The translations under genes and the position numbers were made by a program. Below are positions 60,583 through 64,000 of a DNA stretch of 64,000 nucleotides, in pieces. Below the pieces are notes generated by a model. It ran no database searches and was not told where the DNA came from. It was given only the letters and a program-made list of their open reading frames with translations. Each line of letters starts with the position of its first letter. Position 1 is the stretch's first letter. The DNA is from Saccostrea cucullata (Eukaryota), in the NCBI RefSeq assembly GCF_032062105.1, contig NW_026940735.1, positions 124,001 to 188,000 on the forward strand, given 5' to 3'.

Positions 60583-60920
60583 TGTCAGCTGGGTTCGATC
60601 ACCGGTGGCCAGATAGCTCAGTTGGTAGAGCACCTGACCGGAGTTTCAGGGGGCCCGGGTTCGAATCCCGGTCTGGGATCATTTTCTGATCTCCCGTTAC
60701 ATTTGGTGCCGTGCCATGTCCTGGAATTGACAGGTGAGAGGTCTGACAGGGATGACCCTGGGTTGGGCCAAAGACCTTTAAGGAGAGAGGAATGTGGCGG
60801 TCAGCCGCGTTCGATCGCCGATGGCCAGATAGCTCAGTTGGTAAGCACCTGACCGGAGTTTCAGGGGGCCCGGGTTCGAATCCCGGTCTGGTCCGCTGCA
60901 TTTTCTCCTCTCCCGTTACA
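60583..60920 (+). mobile_element. TRIM (miniature non-autonomous LTR element) with tRNA-like LTRs, Helenus-like
   Basis: LTRs 60583-60701 and 60793-60920 (TG...GTTACA); PBS TGGTGCCGTG at 60704-60713; PPT AAGGAGAGAGGAA; TSD ATTT/ATTC; A and B boxes in each LTR. Confidence 0.9.
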
Positions 60921-61802
60921 ATTCAAACAAAGGGCCACACCCTCTTCTAACGGGAGATAATTATGAATTAGTAAAAAAAATAATGGCATCTTTTAAAAAT
61001 CTTCTTCTCAAGAACCACTGGGCCAGGAAAGATGCAACTCATGTAAAATCATTGTCATGTAGTGTAGATTCAATTAAATTTGTTCAAATCATGACCCCCT
61101 GGGGGTAGGGTGGGACTACAATGGATGGTCAAAGTTTTACATAGGAAAATATAGGAAAAATCTTCAAAAAATCTACTTATCAAGAACAGAAAAGCCATGA
61201 TTGGTCATACATGTATTTATATGGAAGCATCCTCAGGTGGGAGTAAATTCAATTTTGTTCAAATCCTGACCCCTGGGGGTAGGGTGGGGCCACAATAGAC
61301 GATAAAAATTTTACTTAGTAATATATAAAAAAAAATCTTCAAAAATCTTTTCCTCAAGAACAGCAAAGCCATGAATAGTCATATTTATATGAAAGCATTC
61401 TCAGGTGGTGTAGATTCAAGTTTGTTCAAACCATGACTCCCGGGGTAAGGTGGGGCCACAATGGAAAATCAAAGTTTACACCTAACAGAGGAGTATATGG
61501 AAAAAAAATCTTCACAAAACCTGCAAAGCTATGATTGGTCATATTTATATGGAAGCATCCTCAAGTGGTGTAGATTCATTTTTTTTTTAATTATGACCCT
61601 TGGGATAAGGGTTGGGTCACACTGGACATTAATTTTTTACATAGAAATATGCAGGAAAAATTTAAAATTTTCTCCTCAAGAACATCAAAGCCATGATGGG
61701 TCATATAATTATATGGAAGCATCCTCAGATAGTCTAGATTCAAGTTTGTTCAAATCACGACCCCAGGGTTAGGGTGGGGCCAGTGGCTACTATAACATTA
61801 TG

Positions 61803-62265
61803 AACAAGATGTGTTTCTGAAAAACTATGCGTCCGGTGGCAACAATGTTCGAAAAAGCTATTTTTAGCATATAGGTTACAGTCAAAATCACAAGGTCAAT
61901 GACCTCGGTGTCCTTTGAAAGCACTTAATTAGTTAAGTAAGCATACCAAATATAAAGTCTCTACCTCCTATGGCTCAAAAGTTATAGCAAAAGTTCGAAA
62001 TATCTATTTTTAGCATATAGGTCACAGTCAAGGTCACAAGGTCATTGTTCTTGGTGTCAGTTGAAAGTGTTTAGTTAGTGGAGTATGCATTCCAAATATG
62101 AAGTCTATATCTCGAACGATTCAAAAGTTATGGCGAAGGTTAAAGTTGACAACAGACAGACAAACAGATAAACAGACAAACAGACAGACAAACAATAAAA
62201 CAGACAAACAGACAGACAGGACAAAAAAAATATGTACGCCAGGAAAAAATTCGGGCGCATAAAAA
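61803..62265 (+). mobile_element. HINE-type element, family of 33099, with two ~146-bp units
   Basis: AACAAGATGTGTTT start, duplicated CTATTTTTAGCATATAGGT, GACA repeats, GCATAAAAA end. Confidence 0.8.
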
Positions 62266-63828
62266 TCAAACTTGTAACAAAGAAGTCAGTTAGTTAAAAA
62301 AATATGTAATCATCCTTAGTCATTGCTAGCGCTCTCAACTACGTTAGTCCAAATTCCTTGAATACGCATGCTCGGCTTCACGGTCTTGCATTCTGGGAAA
62401 CCTGTGAAAACTACTATAGATAGATTGTACGATATCAGTTTCGTTGTATCATGTATTATTGTGTAGCTTACACTTTAAAGATAACTACATATTTGTAACA
62501 CTTCAAATTTTTCGGGATTTTAGCATCGATTTTGAAAGGGGGGGGGGCCAGCCACTGAAATTTTTTTTTTACTTACCTGAAAAAGTTGACAAGCAAAAAA
62601 AAAAAAAAAAAAAAAAAAGGGGGTGTAGAAGCAAACTTTTTTCACTACCAATTCCTTTCGATATCCATCTTTTAAGCTTACAATACTATTTTTCCTTCCT
62701 TCGTATTACTTTACTTTAGTATAAAGTGGGGGGGGGGGGCCAACCAGCCTTACAATGAACATTTTCAATAGTAAAAGTATTGTTGGGAAAAAAAGTCCGT
62801 TGCGGGGGGGGGGATCAACCCCTCCCCCCCCCTCCGTTTCTTTACTTATGGTCTATAAAATACCCCCCCCCAATTGAACTTTATCACTCCCCCCGGTTGC
62901 TACGTCCCTGTTCTGTGTTTAAAAATTGCTATGGCGCTAGCTCACCTATCTTTTTTAAAAGATAATCTTGGTGTAGATTCAATTTTGTTCAAATCACTCC
63001 CCTCTCCCTTTTTGGGATATGTTGGAACCACGTATGCATTTAAACTTTTCAATACTAAACTGATTTGTTGCTTTTTTCCTAGCCAATGCTCAGGTGAGCG
63101 ATTTGGTCCCCGGACCTATTGTTTTTGTTGGTTTACCACTCCCCACCTTTAACAAGATGTTCTTTTACCCTTGACCTTGAATTTCATGTTTGACCTTATT
63201 TAAAAACAATAACTTTGGTGATTTCTTTAAATGACAGATGTAAGGTTGTCTATATTTGATAAAATAAGCCATAAATAACGGAATCCCATATACCGAAAGT
63301 GGGGGGGGACAATTAATTCTTTACATTTATTTGTCGTATCATTCGCTTATGCAAACAACAGAGTGACTTTTTCCAGTTTCTTTAATGATTTTTATATTTG
63401 TCATGCTAGGAATATATCATAATACATATCTTACACATATTGCAGATCTTTTTAAAAGTCCACGGAAATTGCACAAAAAAGACAAAATATCTGTGAGAAT
63501 TAATAATCCCCCCTCCCCGTACGTGGTCAAAAATATATAAATAAAAAGAAAATGTAGATAAGGATCGACCAGCAAGATATGTCCGTCAAATAAACTGCAT
63601 CAAAGAAAAATAAAATTGGGTGGAATGCCAACAAAAAGTCCTTTAACATTATTTTATTTTTAATAAAACATACAAAAAGTTGCATGCGAAGACAAAGGAT
63701 TTGTTCATTTTATAGCTACATTTTCAAATTTAATTGTCATTATAGGTATGCTACAAAGGAGCAGTCAATTTTAGTAAGTCTCCTTGAGTACGCCAACAAT
63801 AATTTTGCTTTTGGTATAGTACCTTGAC

Positions 63829-63886
63829 TCCCTTCGGAGCTTACGAAATCCGTGAATGATCACGGATTTCGTAAGCTCTGAAGGGA
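63829..63886. repeat. 27-bp-arm palindrome, probably the end of a Crypton-like element
   Basis: TCCCTTCGGAGCTTACGAAATCCGTGA-ATGA-TCACGGATTTCGTAAGCTCTGAAGGGA. Confidence 0.8.
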
Positions 63887-64000
63887 ATTTTATTAAATAG
63901 GAAGAGTGTCCCTTCAGGGCTTTCGTAGAAATTAAGCCCATATAGGAAATAACGTACGTATTGATAAAATGGGTCATGACAGACATTCATCGGGAGGCAG

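Larger units (their letters stand above)
60450..63123 (-). mobile_element. HINE with a satellite array, hosting a TRIM, a second HINE and MITE remnants
   Basis: 3' end TTTTTAGCTTACC at ~60450; units to ~61790; 5' end CTCAGGTGAGCGAT..TTGTT at 63089-63123. Confidence 0.75.

Noticed and set aside
60607-60894. Two functional tRNA genes
   Set aside because: 8-nt anticodon loop, damaged acceptor or D stems, and both are embedded in the LTRs of a TRIM.
62530-62910. G-quadruplex or poly-Lys coding signals
   Set aside because: G, C and A homopolymers typical of decayed MITE ends; run lengths are unreliable.

Overview
AT-rich, intron-rich eukaryotic DNA. The repeat families (166-bp satellite inside Helentron-type elements, Naiad Penelope-like elements, a bivalve-type SINE) point to an oyster (Ostreidae); this is inferred, not database-confirmed. 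Genes reconstructed by hand from splice sites: NUP54 (11 exons, minus); a collagen+C1q protein (4 exons, plus) head-to-head with a 12-exon type I membrane protein (minus); a 155-aa TSP1 membrane protein; a tandem pair of small putatively myristoylated proteins; and a frameshifted secreted-protein gene. Mobile DNA dominates the rest: an intact Ty3/Gypsy element with apparently identical 617-bp LTRs, at least six decayed Naiad retroelements, many MITEs and Helentron-type elements (often nested), a SINE, and a 338-bp TRIM with a tRNA-like cloverleaf in each LTR. The most notable signals are that TRIM, a tandem array apparently seeded from a NUP54 splice donor, a 5x reiterated Naiad 3' terminus, and a conserved Naiad 3' motif. 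Coordinates were counted by eye and TE boundaries are approximate unless a TSD is quoted. There is a 132-N gap at 26118-26249.
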